Part shown: positions 45,443-54,792 of the stretch, piece by piece
How positions within the stretch are numbered: the stretch's first letter is position 1
How the letters are laid out: the number at the start of each line of letters is the position of its first letter
Source of the DNA: a phage
DNA length: 64,000 nt
Sequence record: PZ445440.1
Strand: one strand, 5' to 3'
Notes under the pieces: generated by a model
Seen by the model: the letters and a program-made list of their open reading frames with translations, nothing else
Told to the model about the DNA's origin: nothing
Database searches by the model: none
Program-made: the position numbers and the translations under genes

Positions 45443-45658
45443 TTATCTCATTAAATTAAAATAAAAACGTCCATCCTCTTCAATACAGAACTCGTACTCA
45501 ACTGGAGTTCCATTTATCGAAAATGACACGTCATGTGGGTTCAAAGGGTCGATGTCAAAATTAATTTTAAATTCTCGACCCAACAGTTTTACCAAATAAG
45601 GGATTGCTTCGTCAAAAGGTTCTTCTAAGTAGTTAGAGATGTCAATTGTCATCCTCAT
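45443..45658 (-). CDS. hypothetical protein (start uncertain)
   Basis: Track ORF overlaps the gene 55 3' end; start moved to an internal ATG. Confidence 0.4.
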   Translation of the reverse strand: MRMTIDISNYLEEPFDEAIPYLVKLLGREFKINFDIDPLNPHDVSFSINGTPVEYEFCIEEDGRFYFNLMR

Positions 45659-46199
45659 ATAAAAAATCCAAACTAGGCGAATCGCTAACAACTTCCTTCT
45701 TTTCAGCCCCAGGAGCTTTATAAGCGGATTCTTCATAATGCGTCATTTTATCGTAGATGTCTTGAATAAACGTTTCATCTACCAACGCTACCATATCATC
45801 GTCATGACTGTCGTAGACATTATGAACGAAGTAACTATATTTCTTTGCAACTTCCTTACGTTCTTTTTTGATACGTTGGACAAAAGCATTAAAACAAGCT
45901 CGAGTTATGTATGCATGTGGGTTATTGTACTTAGTTTCGTCGAAATTATGAAGTCCCTTAATAGAGGCTTCAATCCCATCTGCAATCATCTCCTGCTTCC
46001 AAGACTGGGTATATCCTGAAAAGTTGAAACGTTTGGACAGGCCTTCGGCGATAAGCATAATTGCTAAACCGATGGTATCATTCTGACGAATAATTTTGTT
46101 TGGGTCTTTATTATTTAAGAGCTCCTTTTTCCACTCGATTATAGCGGCGAGAAGCTCTTTATTATTCACATAGTTATTTTTAGGTTTTTGTTCAGTCAT
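45642..46199 (-). CDS. 55: late-transcription sigma factor gp55
   Basis: 185 aa; [105 protein letters not shown] nearly identical to T4 gp55 from memory. Confidence 0.95.
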   Translation of the reverse strand: MTEQKPKNNYVNNKELLAAIIEWKKELLNNKDPNKIIRQNDTIGLAIMLIAEGLSKRFNFSGYTQSWKQEMIADGIEASIKGLHNFDETKYNNPHAYITRACFNAFVQRIKKERKEVAKKYSYFVHNVYDSHDDDMVALVDETFIQDIYDKMTHYEESAYKAPGAEKKEVVSDSPSLDFLYEDDN

Positions 46200-46274
46200 A
46201 AGTACCTCTTAGCTCAATTCATAGGTCTATTATATCATAATATTTAGAGACCTATCTTAAAGCACGAGATACTA

Positions 46275-46541
46275 TCAGAGCAAACAATAAGCCTGAAACA
46301 CTTTTTCCATTAAACGTTTGAACTCATGGATATCGATATAAAGCTCAGTAAGACCGGCATTATAAAGAAAATCTAAAAAGTTCTCATGTGTTTCGTTATA
46401 GACGCCTTCGTTTAATTGAGATACATGAGTTTCCCAAAAACCAACACCTTTAACGAATGGAAAATACGTGACTTTCATGTATTCGTCAACATAAAATTCG
46501 CCCAGCTTTTCTTCAGTTATACTGATTCGAGTTAATTTCAT
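46275..46541 (-). CDS. hypothetical protein (88 aa)
   Basis: ORF in gene array. Confidence 0.55.
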   Translation of the reverse strand: MKLTRISITEEKLGEFYVDEYMKVTYFPFVKGVGFWETHVSQLNEGVYNETHENFLDFLYNAGLTELYIDIHEFKRLMEKVFQAYCLL

Positions 46542-46765
46542 TCTAGTTCCTTTGCTGCTTCAAGAGCAGCATCCAGCGAATCAAATTGGTCAACGAAATC
46601 AATATTCAACGCATCGTCAACCGTAGCATATAACCACCATTGTTTGAATTCGTATTCTAGAATAAATCCAGGACCTTCAATCTGAGGAAGACCTAGGCTA
46701 TTTGTACCAACTTCGTAACCAGCTAGACGCAGGTCATTAATCAAAGTTTCTGTTAATACGCTCAT
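46538..46765 (-). CDS. hypothetical protein (75 aa)
   Basis: ORF in gene array. Confidence 0.55.
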   Translation of the reverse strand: MSVLTETLINDLRLAGYEVGTNSLGLPQIEGPGFILEYEFKQWWLYATVDDALNIDFVDQFDSLDAALEAAKELE

Positions 46766-47142
46766 TTTACCGCCTTAACAATTTTCAGATCAACGAATTT
46801 TTTCTTACGTTGATTTTTCATACGACGGATAGTCTTTTCAGAGATTTCATGTTTCTGATAAGCTTTAGATTCAACACCAAATGCAGCAACGTCAAATTCA
46901 GAAAGAATATATTGTACTAGAATTTCGCGAATAGAATTACGTCCAATTTTCTGGTCGTGTTTTTGCATGATTTCATAAAGACGGAATTCCCACGCGTCAA
47001 GAACTTGAGGAGTAACAATATTGCCGGATTCCAGAAGAGCAACAACTTTATCGAAAGCGAAAGAATTAACTACGTTTTTGATTTTAGTAGACATATTATT
47101 TTCCTCGGTTATTTTATTATCCAACGAGAGAATTATATTCAT
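46762..47142 (-). CDS. hypothetical protein (126 aa)
   Basis: ORF in gene array. Confidence 0.55.
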   Translation of the reverse strand: MNIILSLDNKITEENNMSTKIKNVVNSFAFDKVVALLESGNIVTPQVLDAWEFRLYEIMQKHDQKIGRNSIREILVQYILSEFDVAAFGVESKAYQKHEISEKTIRRMKNQRKKKFVDLKIVKAVK

Positions 47143-47160
47143 CTCTCAAGAGTTTGTATA

Positions 47161-47400
47161 CTATTTTTTAAGCATGAAAAGTAAGTAATTTGTATCACGT
47201 GGAGTAATATCAACACCCATATCAAAGATGCCTTTATAGATTGGGTATTTGTTTTCGGTTGTATCGAAGCTGAAACTATTTCCATCACAACTAACAGTAA
47301 TAGCATCTGTTAAAATGTCATACTCAATCCTAACAATTGAATCCCCAATTTTAACGTCGAGGTGTTTTTTGAATTTGATAAAATCTAATTCTTGGGCCAT
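47161..47400 (-). CDS. hypothetical protein (79 aa)
   Basis: ORF with upstream promoter and SD. Confidence 0.55.
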   Translation of the reverse strand: MAQELDFIKFKKHLDVKIGDSIVRIEYDILTDAITVSCDGNSFSFDTTENKYPIYKGIFDMGVDITPRDTNYLLFMLKK

Positions 47401-47431
47401 GATATTTTCCTCATTTTAAGACGATAGGAAG

Positions 47432-47460
47432 ATAATAACATGTCTTCCTATCGTTGTACA
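47432..47460 (-). promoter_or_regulatory. early-type promoter; -10 inside an 11-bp inverted repeat CGATAGGAAGA/TCTTCCTATCG
   Basis: Minus TGTACA(-35 variant)-N17-TATTAT; palindrome arms at 47423-47433 and 47443-47453. Confidence 0.45.
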
Positions 47461-47463
47461 TTA

Positions 47464-47664
47464 TTAACCGAACTTTTTAGCGCCTTTCCAGCCTTCGTAC
47501 ATAACTGCACAAGTCAATAGCACAGCATGTTGGCATTCTTTGTATTTGTAAATCCAGAACCAGCGTAAGAAGTCTTCATCCTCAACACCGTTGAGTTTCA
47601 TATTGGCAAAGAATTCGGCACGTTCTTCACGAAGCTTTTGCGATAACATAGTTTCAGGATTCAT
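47464..47664 (-). CDS. hypothetical protein (66 aa)
   Basis: ORF in gene array. Confidence 0.5.
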   Translation of the reverse strand: MNPETMLSQKLREERAEFFANMKLNGVEDEDFLRWFWIYKYKECQHAVLLTCAVMYEGWKGAKKFG

Positions 47665-47889
47665 TTAAATTTCCCAATTGCCATTTTCATCAATAAATTT
47701 AATCCAGTCAGTTACTGACCACTTAGTTGTATCGCCTTTTGGAGTAGCATTTAAAGTGTAGAACCCTTGCTTAAAAAGCCAGCGTTTGATATTCATAATT
47801 TCCTCAACTGTAACGATAACATTCGTTAGCTTTACGTTTGGCTTCAGTATGAGAAGTATTATAATCATAATCTTCTTTACTGTAAACAT
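47665..47889 (-). CDS. hypothetical protein (74 aa)
   Basis: ORF in gene array. Confidence 0.5.
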   Translation of the reverse strand: MFTVKKIMIIILLILKPNVKLTNVIVTVEEIMNIKRWLFKQGFYTLNATPKGDTTKWSVTDWIKFIDENGNWEI

Positions 47890-48125
47890 CTTTTTTTCAA
47901 CTTACGAACTTCTTTGCGGAGTTGTCGATTCATTTCATTCTTGACTTCAGAATCAACGCCTTTCATACGTTTCCATTTATCTGAGCGGAAAATGTTTTCA
48001 ACCATGTCTTTGTGGCTAACACCGTCAGGAGCTTTACGCTTACCAAAATAGTCGTAATCGCGAACTTTCAAATCTTTACGACGATATGTTTTACCCATAA
48101 GTACCTCAGAGGTTGATTGATACAA
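47877..48125 (-). CDS. hypothetical basic protein (82 aa)
   Basis: ORF in gene array. Confidence 0.5.
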   Translation of the reverse strand: MYQSTSEVLMGKTYRRKDLKVRDYDYFGKRKAPDGVSHKDMVENIFRSDKWKRMKGVDSEVKNEMNRQLRKEVRKLKKRCLQ

Positions 48126-48354
48126 TGCGTTTGATAAAATTCACTTCACTTACTGAAAGGTCTTTAAGACCGATTGATTCTAAACGCTGAGTAAGCGTCA
48201 ACATCGGGATATAATCCCAATGAGTTTTATTTGCTTGATAAGTACGAACGCCGTTAGCAATTTCAACATGCAAATCGGAAATGGTAATGAATATCGGACG
48301 TTCGTCATTAACTTTAAGGGTTAGAACAACTTTCTTTGAATCTAAACTAATCAT
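48106..48354 (-). CDS. hypothetical protein (82 aa)
   Basis: ORF in gene array. Confidence 0.5.
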   Translation of the reverse strand: MISLDSKKVVLTLKVNDERPIFITISDLHVEIANGVRTYQANKTHWDYIPMLTLTQRLESIGLKDLSVSEVNFIKRIVSINL

Positions 48355-48533
48355 GGCTTAATTTCCTTCGCAATTGAACAGAAGATACCACGGTCACAAA
48401 GCATTTCACCAATTTCTGGATATTTGATTGAACGGTACCAAACATCCAGGCTTGAAACTCTGGTTATCTGTACTGCGTTACCGTTGACAGAATAGTACTG
48501 GTCAACCTTAATTTCTTTATCTTCAATTGTCAT
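48351..48533 (-). CDS. hypothetical protein (60 aa)
   Basis: ORF in gene array. Confidence 0.5.
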   Translation of the reverse strand: MTIEDKEIKVDQYYSVNGNAVQITRVSSLDVWYRSIKYPEIGEMLCDRGIFCSIAKEIKP

Positions 48534-48698
48534 TTTATTTTCCTCTATAGTAGATGGTTTAATCTTAACACATCTATTGAGGATGTAAACTGTTTTATGA
48601 AAATATTTTCAATTTGAGAGGGGCACAAGGAGATAGTGAAGTGAAGATTCCAATGGATTATATTAGAAACGAGATAAAGAAGACCAGGCGGCACCTGG

Positions 48699-49070
48699 TC
48701 AATCTTCTATGATATCAGAGTCATATCCTAATGAAATCAAGGACTTTTTAAACTCTGCAATATTCTTTTGTTTCTTATCATTTAAAAATATGACAGGATA
48801 ACGAATATTAAGTGAAGTGAATCCTGCACGTTTAGCAAGAGATACGATTAAAGGACGGTCATATTCAATCTTACCATTATTAGTGAGGACTTTATAAAAT
48901 GTATAAGGAGCATTGAGCTCCTTTAAAAGTTTTGTAACAGTATAACATCCTGGACAACGTCCAACTTCTTCAGGGATGCCATAAACTTCAATTTTATTCT
49001 TTGGGTTCGAGTTTTGTTCCACGAGAAATAATTCCTTGATAAGCCCAGTACGGCGGGTTAACAGAATCAT
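48699..49070 (-). CDS. nrdH: glutaredoxin/NrdH-like redoxin (start uncertain)
   Basis: Redoxin domain KIEVYGIPEEVGRCPGCYTV begins exactly at the stop of ORF 48994-49305 with no canonical start codon; nearest in-frame ATG is at 49070. Confidence 0.5.
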   Translation of the reverse strand: MILLTRRTGLIKELFLVEQNSNPKNKIEVYGIPEEVGRCPGCYTVTKLLKELNAPYTFYKVLTNNGKIEYDRPLIVSLAKRAGFTSLNIRYPVIFLNDKKQKNIAEFKKSLISLGYDSDIIED

Positions 49071-49305
49071 CACCAGAATTTTCTTCAGGGAAATAAACCT
49101 GAATAACGAATCCGGATTCGTCAAAGGTAAAATACACTGTAGGCAGTTCACCAAGCAATTCGGAACGAGCGTTAATTTCTTCGAGGTCTTGCTCACGTCC
49201 AGCCCAAAAACTAGGATTTAAACTACATTCGTAAAAATAATAGTCATTACCGAACATATCAAAACCCTTCCAACTCTCTACCACGTACCGCTCAAAACTA
49301 ATCAT
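48994..49305 (-). CDS. hypothetical acidic protein (103 aa)
   Basis: ORF; its stop codon abuts the redoxin domain in another frame. Confidence 0.5.
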   Translation of the reverse strand: MISFERYVVESWKGFDMFGNDYYFYECSLNPSFWAGREQDLEEINARSELLGELPTVYFTFDESGFVIQVYFPEENSGDDSVNPPYWAYQGIISRGTKLEPKE

Positions 49306-49307
49306 AA

Positions 49308-49523
49308 TTAAGCCTTTTTATCAAGAACAGAATTCAGTTTATTAGTAATTTTGTCCAAACGTTCATTGAATTCGCTGGAGGATAAACCCTTTTCTGGAGA
49401 AATTAAACTAATCACGAAAAATACACCAGTAAAAGGAATAAGAAAAATAGCTCCAACTGCCATAAACAAAAAGAACGTTACAGTTGTAAGAAAATCAGCT
49501 AAACCTTTACGAAATTTGTACAT
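49308..49523 (-). CDS. small membrane protein (71 aa)
   Basis: Hydrophobic segment LTTVTFFLFMAVGAIFLIPFTGVFFVISLI. Confidence 0.55.
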   Translation of the reverse strand: MYKFRKGLADFLTTVTFFLFMAVGAIFLIPFTGVFFVISLISPEKGLSSSEFNERLDKITNKLNSVLDKKA

Positions 49524-49633
49524 ATTTACCCTTAATTAACTAAGCATTGATAATCATTAAACTATATTGCGAATAAAATTCTGGACCAAAACGAAAAATC
49601 ATATCATTTATAGTATCCATAATGTAATTCAAT

Positions 49634-50104
49634 TTAATCATGTTTCCACACCCCATCGGTATTTGACCAAAGTCGCTGATTATCTGATCCTCGCCACAGC
49701 TTTTTAGTCGGAAGATTTTTCTCATACTTCCCATCAATAATAACATCAACATATTTAAGCATTTCTAGTTGTTTAATATCTTCAAACTTATATCCTGTCC
49801 ACAACCAAATGCTTTTATTGGGATAAAGATTTTTTACTGTTTGAGCAATGCGATGAATAACATCTCGGTTATCAGGATAGAGAGGGTCACCTCCGGTTAT
49901 AGTTAATCCTTCTATATAATCATTATTCAAACATTCAATTAATTGTTCTAGTGTTTCACCGGTGAATGGAACACCATTTCTAGCATTCCATGTTGATTTA
50001 TTATAACACCCTTCACATTTATGCAAACAACCTGTAACGAAAAGAACGACCCTGCAACCAGGGCCATTCACAAAATCGCAAGGATAAAATCTATCATAAT
50101 TCAT
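49634..50104 (-). CDS. nrdG: anaerobic ribonucleotide reductase activating protein NrdG (radical SAM)
   Basis: 156 aa; CxxxCxxC-like cluster GCLHKCEGCYN; overlaps nrdD start by 4 nt. Confidence 0.85.
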   Translation of the reverse strand: MNYDRFYPCDFVNGPGCRVVLFVTGCLHKCEGCYNKSTWNARNGVPFTGETLEQLIECLNNDYIEGLTITGGDPLYPDNRDVIHRIAQTVKNLYPNKSIWLWTGYKFEDIKQLEMLKYVDVIIDGKYEKNLPTKKLWRGSDNQRLWSNTDGVWKHD

Positions 50105-51918
50105 TGGTGTTTAACCCTATGCATGATTTCTTTATTTTTGCCTAGATTAAATCCGCGTTCGTTTGGATTTCCCAAATAACCGCATGTTCTTCTTATTGTG
50201 TTCATCTTTTTAGGATCAGTTTCTCCGCAAACTGAACAAACAAATCCATTTTCAGTAGGAGTCATTTCATGAGTACTTCCGCATGTAAAACATTTATCTA
50301 CTGGCATATTAACACCAAAATAATCTAAATGTTGTGCAGCATAATCCCAGACAGCCTCAAGTCCTTTTAAGTTATTTTTCATATCAGGAAGTTCAACATA
50401 AGAAATGTGACCACCTGTCGCAATGAAATGATATGGCGCTTCACGAGAAATCTTTTCAAACGGAGTAATATTTTCTTCTACTGAAACATGGAAACTATTA
50501 GTGTACCAGCCTTTATCGGTAACATCTTTTACGCTTCCATATTTTTCTGTATCGAGTTTACAAAAGCGATAACAAAGGTTTTCAGCAGGAGTAGAATATA
50601 AACTAAAAGCAAATCCGGTTCTTTCAGTCCACTGTTTAAGATGAGCATTCATTTTAGTTAAAATTTCTTGTCCAATATCACGACCGACAAGAATATTCAA
50701 TTCGTGAATACCGATGTATCCCAAAGACACTGAACTTCTACCATTTTTAAATAACTCAATTATGTCATCATCAGGTTTAAGACGAACCCCGAATGCACCT
50801 TCTTGGTAAAGAATAGGAGCAACAGTAGCTTTAACTCCTTTTAAGGAACTAATTCTACACATCAAGGCTTCAAAACACAGGTCCATTCGCTCGTCGAACA
50901 ATTCAGTAAATTTCTGTTCATTGAACTGTGTTCCAATATAAGAATCTAATGCGATACGAGGAAGATTCAGTGTTACAACACCGAGATTATTACGTCCATC
51001 AAGAATTTCATTACCAGTCGAATCTTTCCATACGCTCAAGAAACTACGGCAGCCCATTGGAGAAACTGGAACTGAAGAACCGGTAATAGCTTTATTATTC
51101 TTAACCGAAATAATGTCAGGATACATTCTTTTGCTTGCACATTCTAACGCAAGTTGTTTAATATCATAGTTCGGATCATCTTTATAAAGATTAACACCTT
51201 CTTCAACAAACATAACAAGCTTAGGGAAAATAGGAGTTATTCCATCACGACCAAGACCTTTAATGCGGTTTTTAAGAATTGCCTTCTGAATCATTCGTTC
51301 AGTCCAATCGGTTCCCGTACCAAATGTAATTGTTACAAAAGGAGTTTGTCCGTTTGAACTAAAGAGAGTATTTACTTCATATTCATAAGCTTGGAATGCG
51401 TCATAGACATCTTTTTCTGTTTTAGATTGAGCATAATTCAGAATGTCTGGTATTTGCCATTTTTCTGCATCTTCAACATGTTTAGCGTATGTGCGTTTAA
51501 CATAAGGAGAAAGAACTTTATCGACATTCGCAAATGTAGTTCCGCCATACTGGTGTGAAGCAACTTGCGCGGTAATTTGTGCCATAATTGCAGTAGCAAC
51601 GCCAATTGATTTAGGAGTTTCAATCTGTGCATTACCAAGCTTAAATCCGTTCTCAAGCATTCCTTTTAAATCTACTAAACAGCAATTAGTAAATGGAAGA
51701 GCAGGAGAATAATCAATATCATGCATGTGAATGATTCCGCTTTCATGCGCATTCATAATAAAAGACGGGACCATATTTTTGGCAATGTGCTTAGACACAA
51801 TACCAGCCATAAGGTCCCGTTGAGTTGGAAAAACACGAGAATCTTTATTAGCATTCTCGTTCAAAAGATCTTTATTAGTTTTATGAATTAATCCTTCAAT
51901 TTCTTTTTCAATTTTCAT
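50101..51918 (-). CDS. nrdD: anaerobic ribonucleoside-triphosphate reductase NrdD (intron-less)
   Basis: 605 aa continuous ORF; C-terminal glycyl-radical region and CxxC zinc ribbon (CFTCGSTHEM...CSVCG). Confidence 0.9.
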   Translation of the reverse strand: MKIEKEIEGLIHKTNKDLLNENANKDSRVFPTQRDLMAGIVSKHIAKNMVPSFIMNAHESGIIHMHDIDYSPALPFTNCCLVDLKGMLENGFKLGNAQIETPKSIGVATAIMAQITAQVASHQYGGTTFANVDKVLSPYVKRTYAKHVEDAEKWQIPDILNYAQSKTEKDVYDAFQAYEYEVNTLFSSNGQTPFVTITFGTGTDWTERMIQKAILKNRIKGLGRDGITPIFPKLVMFVEEGVNLYKDDPNYDIKQLALECASKRMYPDIISVKNNKAITGSSVPVSPMGCRSFLSVWKDSTGNEILDGRNNLGVVTLNLPRIALDSYIGTQFNEQKFTELFDERMDLCFEALMCRISSLKGVKATVAPILYQEGAFGVRLKPDDDIIELFKNGRSSVSLGYIGIHELNILVGRDIGQEILTKMNAHLKQWTERTGFAFSLYSTPAENLCYRFCKLDTEKYGSVKDVTDKGWYTNSFHVSVEENITPFEKISREAPYHFIATGGHISYVELPDMKNNLKGLEAVWDYAAQHLDYFGVNMPVDKCFTCGSTHEMTPTENGFVCSVCGETDPKKMNTIRRTCGYLGNPNERGFNLGKNKEIMHRVKHQ

Positions 51919-52388
51919 TTTAAACTCTTTCTAAGCTGCTTTTTGAATGAAGCTATTAATTGTGTTTTAGTATCAGATTCATTATATTCAAATCCTCTTT
52001 GAAGCATCTCGACCATCATTTCCTCTTTACCTAGTCTTGAGAACTCTTTAGTTTTGTCTGGAACAAAATTAGGATGGATATTATTAGCAGAATAATCTTG
52101 TTTCAAATAAGCAAGAAGAGCTTCAAGCCATTCGAGGTAGTCGACATCACGTCCTTTAAGACCAGAACGGTTGAACTTATGCTTCATTTGGCCTTCTGCT
52201 GCGTTGCACAGAGAACAGAGTAACCCACGAACCTTACCAGCTTTTGGCCCGTTTAATTCATGGTCGTGGTCAAGATGGTTACCTTGAACATCAGGGTCTA
52301 ATTCACGGTGGCAAATAGGACACTTACCGTTCTGTGCATCATAAAATTTTTGTTTTTCTTCTTTATATTTTGCGCCTGATAATAACAT
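51915..52388 (-). CDS. 49: endonuclease VII (gp49), Holliday junction resolvase
   Basis: 157 aa; MLLSGAKYKEEKQKFYDAQNGKCPICHRELDPD...HLDHDHELNGPKAGKVRGLLC matches T4 endo VII from memory. Confidence 0.9.
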   Translation of the reverse strand: MLLSGAKYKEEKQKFYDAQNGKCPICHRELDPDVQGNHLDHDHELNGPKAGKVRGLLCSLCNAAEGQMKHKFNRSGLKGRDVDYLEWLEALLAYLKQDYSANNIHPNFVPDKTKEFSRLGKEEMMVEMLQRGFEYNESDTKTQLIASFKKQLRKSLK

Positions 52389-52423
52389 GATAAACCCTTA
52401 CCTTAAATAGATAAGGGTATTTA

Positions 52424-52849
52424 TTAACTTAAACGTCTTTCTAAATATTCAATGTATTCCGCTGCGGCTTGCATCAGATTACCTTCATAACCATCATTAT
52501 TTTCTTGACCGGCTAATTTAGCTAATGCATAAGAAATTCGTTCACCTTCGAATTCGCCAAGTTTACTACCTAGCACATCCGCAATATCAGCCGAATCAAT
52601 TTCTTCGAGTTCATCTATTGAATGAGATTCCCAGAAGCACCAAAGAGAAGTATCACGGTCATAGATGCAAAGTTTCTCACCTGTGTTCAACATCACTTCG
52701 TTAATGCCATGGTCGCCATAACCATCTTCGGTAGTAGTACCAATTACCTTGATGATTGTTCCTTTCTTTAATTCAGGAAACTTGACTTGTAGTTCTTCAT
52801 CTTCTTTAACAATCTTGAACCATTTACCGCGAGTTTCAGAAATATTCAT
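52424..52849 (-). CDS. pin: Pin-like protein by position (start uncertain)
   Basis: Follows gene 49 as T4 pin does; 141 aa from the internal ATG MNISETRG; identity not verified. Confidence 0.4.
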   Translation of the reverse strand: MNISETRGKWFKIVKEDEELQVKFPELKKGTIIKVIGTTTEDGYGDHGINEVMLNTGEKLCIYDRDTSLWCFWESHSIDELEEIDSADIADVLGSKLGEFEGERISYALAKLAGQENNDGYEGNLMQAAAEYIEYLERRLS

Positions 52850-53149
52850 ATCAATATTCTCTATAAAAGTTACGATGAGAACGTTTAGCTTTGCGAAGCT
52901 GACGTTTAGTAGGACGAACTGTAAATGGTTGTCCAGAGAAAAAATTCGGATCGGTTTTAATAAGCAAATACCAATCATGTTTGCCATTTTTTAATAAACG
53001 GTACAATAATTTAACTTGCATAATAATCTCTTCCCATTTCCATATCAATTAATTCATTTATTGAAGGTTCATCATAACATGGTTCTTCGTCGTTGTAAAC
53101 TGTTTCGACGTCTGGCTCGACTGTCTCCCATCGAGCAGAATACCACGGT

Positions 53150-53506
53150 TTAACCCCGGAGTTTATTGAGCTCTTCATAATCAATCCAGGATTCTAGCCC
53201 TGATGGCAGGTCACATTCAATGTTCCACAGAAGCTCTTCAATGGCTTGCAGGCGATTATATTCTTCAACGGTAATGGTAACCATTGGTGCAACCGGTTCT
53301 GCCTTTTTAACCATCATATCGTTCATCAGGACGTAAAGGTCATCACGAACGACAGTGTCGTTCCATCCCCATGATTTGGCTTCGTAAGCTAATGATGAAG
53401 GGAGCACATTTAAAACTTCAATAATAGTTGGAGCATCAGGACCAAGTTCATTGGCACAAACTTCGTATACATCTTGGAAATCTTTAAGATTTAATGAATA
53501 TGTCAT
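53150..53506 (-). CDS. hypothetical protein (118 aa)
   Basis: ORF in gene array. Confidence 0.55.
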   Translation of the reverse strand: MTYSLNLKDFQDVYEVCANELGPDAPTIIEVLNVLPSSLAYEAKSWGWNDTVVRDDLYVLMNDMMVKKAEPVAPMVTITVEEYNRLQAIEELLWNIECDLPSGLESWIDYEELNKLRG

Positions 53507-53524
53507 TTAAAATTTTCTCGCAGG

Positions 53525-53821
53525 TTATTGTTCTACCCATGAACAAGAGACTTCAAAATCAGGACCACCGTATTCCCAGTGATATTCACCAACAGGAATC
53601 CAGTCACCGTGCTCGTTTTCTTCATAGTCCTCAGGCTCAAGGCCAACGAATCGCCATTGGACACCGATGATTCGATTACCCATCATTACTCGAAATTCGC
53701 CCCATGGATTATCGATAGCATACTGAATATCGTTCTTGGCACGAGAGCACATTTCTTGATATAATAAAGCTTCTAATTCACCCTGGTCATAAGGGCCAGG
53801 GAAAGTTAAATCAATACTCAT
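53525..53821 (-). CDS. hypothetical protein (98 aa)
   Basis: ORF in gene array. Confidence 0.55.
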   Translation of the reverse strand: MSIDLTFPGPYDQGELEALLYQEMCSRAKNDIQYAIDNPWGEFRVMMGNRIIGVQWRFVGLEPEDYEENEHGDWIPVGEYHWEYGGPDFEVSCSWVEQ

Positions 53822-54081
53822 TTAAAATATTCTCGTAGTTGGTCAAATCCACCAATGTGACTTCCATCAGGAGCAAACACTTGAGGCATAGTCAATCCGA
53901 CTTGTGATTCACGTCCAAGCTTAACCAGAAGCTCAGCAATTTTCTCATCATCAAAAACACCTTTTTCTGGCATAACATTAATGAATTCGAACGGCTGTTT
54001 CTTAACAGTCAGCAATCGTTTCGCATTATCACAATAAATGCATTTATGAATAGTAGAGTCATACCCGTACACTTTAAACAT
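53818..54081 (-). CDS. nrdC: thioredoxin/glutaredoxin NrdC
   Basis: 87 aa from MFKVYGYDSTIHKCIYCDNAKRLLTVKKQPFEFINVMPEKGVFDDEKIAELL...; nearly identical to T4 NrdC from memory. Confidence 0.9.
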   Translation of the reverse strand: MFKVYGYDSTIHKCIYCDNAKRLLTVKKQPFEFINVMPEKGVFDDEKIAELLVKLGRESQVGLTMPQVFAPDGSHIGGFDQLREYFK

Positions 54082-54487
54082 TATTTTTCCTTTCATCGAT
54101 TAAATATGCAATGCCAAATACAATACATGTAATAAAACCTGTGATACAGATAGAAACCAACAACACCGTACCAAAGAACCAAATCAAGTTATCTTTAGTA
54201 GTTTGTTTGATATCCATCTCACGAATTTCTATAGCTATCGTATCACCTTTATTCAGAAGCGTATAAAACGACGGTGATACACGCCTGTCAAAAACTCGTC
54301 CTTGTTCATCTTTATAAACTGCAATAAATTCTAATTTAGAATATTTTCCTGTAGATTGGCCTGAGATTAATTCCACTACCTCCACAGGAATTACTTTAGT
54401 TTCCATGTAAGTATTCTGGCTGTTCCAAATGAATGGAATGATGGCAAAAACTAAAGCTGCAATAAAACAACGAAGGCTATATCTCAT
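54074..54487 (-). CDS. membrane protein (137 aa)
   Basis: N- and C-terminal hydrophobic helices. Confidence 0.55.
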   Translation of the reverse strand: MRYSLRCFIAALVFAIIPFIWNSQNTYMETKVIPVEVVELISGQSTGKYSKLEFIAVYKDEQGRVFDRRVSPSFYTLLNKGDTIAIEIREMDIKQTTKDNLIWFFGTVLLVSICITGFITCIVFGIAYLIDERKNNV

Positions 54488-54792
54488 TATAATGTTCTCT
54501 CAAATTTGTGGAAGCATTTACGGCATTTCAATTTCAAGTTATCAGTGGTCCAGTTAACCAGTTGGACTTGGATAGTTCCACATTCCGGACATGGATGTTT
54601 TGCTGCCGATTTGGCAGCATTTTCACGTCGTTCAACCATTTTCATGATTTCGTTCCATGCCGGAGGAACGAACTCTTCTTCACTATGAATTTTATCTCGT
54701 TGAACAAATTCAATCTTTGAACTATCGTCAATAAACTTAACCAAGCGGTGATTAGTGTTCATATCAATATCTTCTAAAAGACGTAGTTTCAT
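54487..54792 (-). CDS. zinc-ribbon protein (101 aa)
   Basis: CPECG...CRKC motif pair. Confidence 0.55.
   Translation of the reverse strand: MKLRLLEDIDMNTNHRLVKFIDDSSKIEFVQRDKIHSEEEFVPPAWNEIMKMVERRENAAKSAAKHPCPECGTIQVQLVNWTTDNLKLKCRKCFHKFERTL

Noticed and set aside
49540-49752. 70-aa ORF overlapping the 3' end of nrdG
   Set aside because: Almost entirely inside nrdG in another frame; the non-overlapping part would encode under 30 aa
50101-51918. Group I intron in nrdD
   Set aside because: nrdD reads as a single uninterrupted ORF of T4-like mature length (605 aa)
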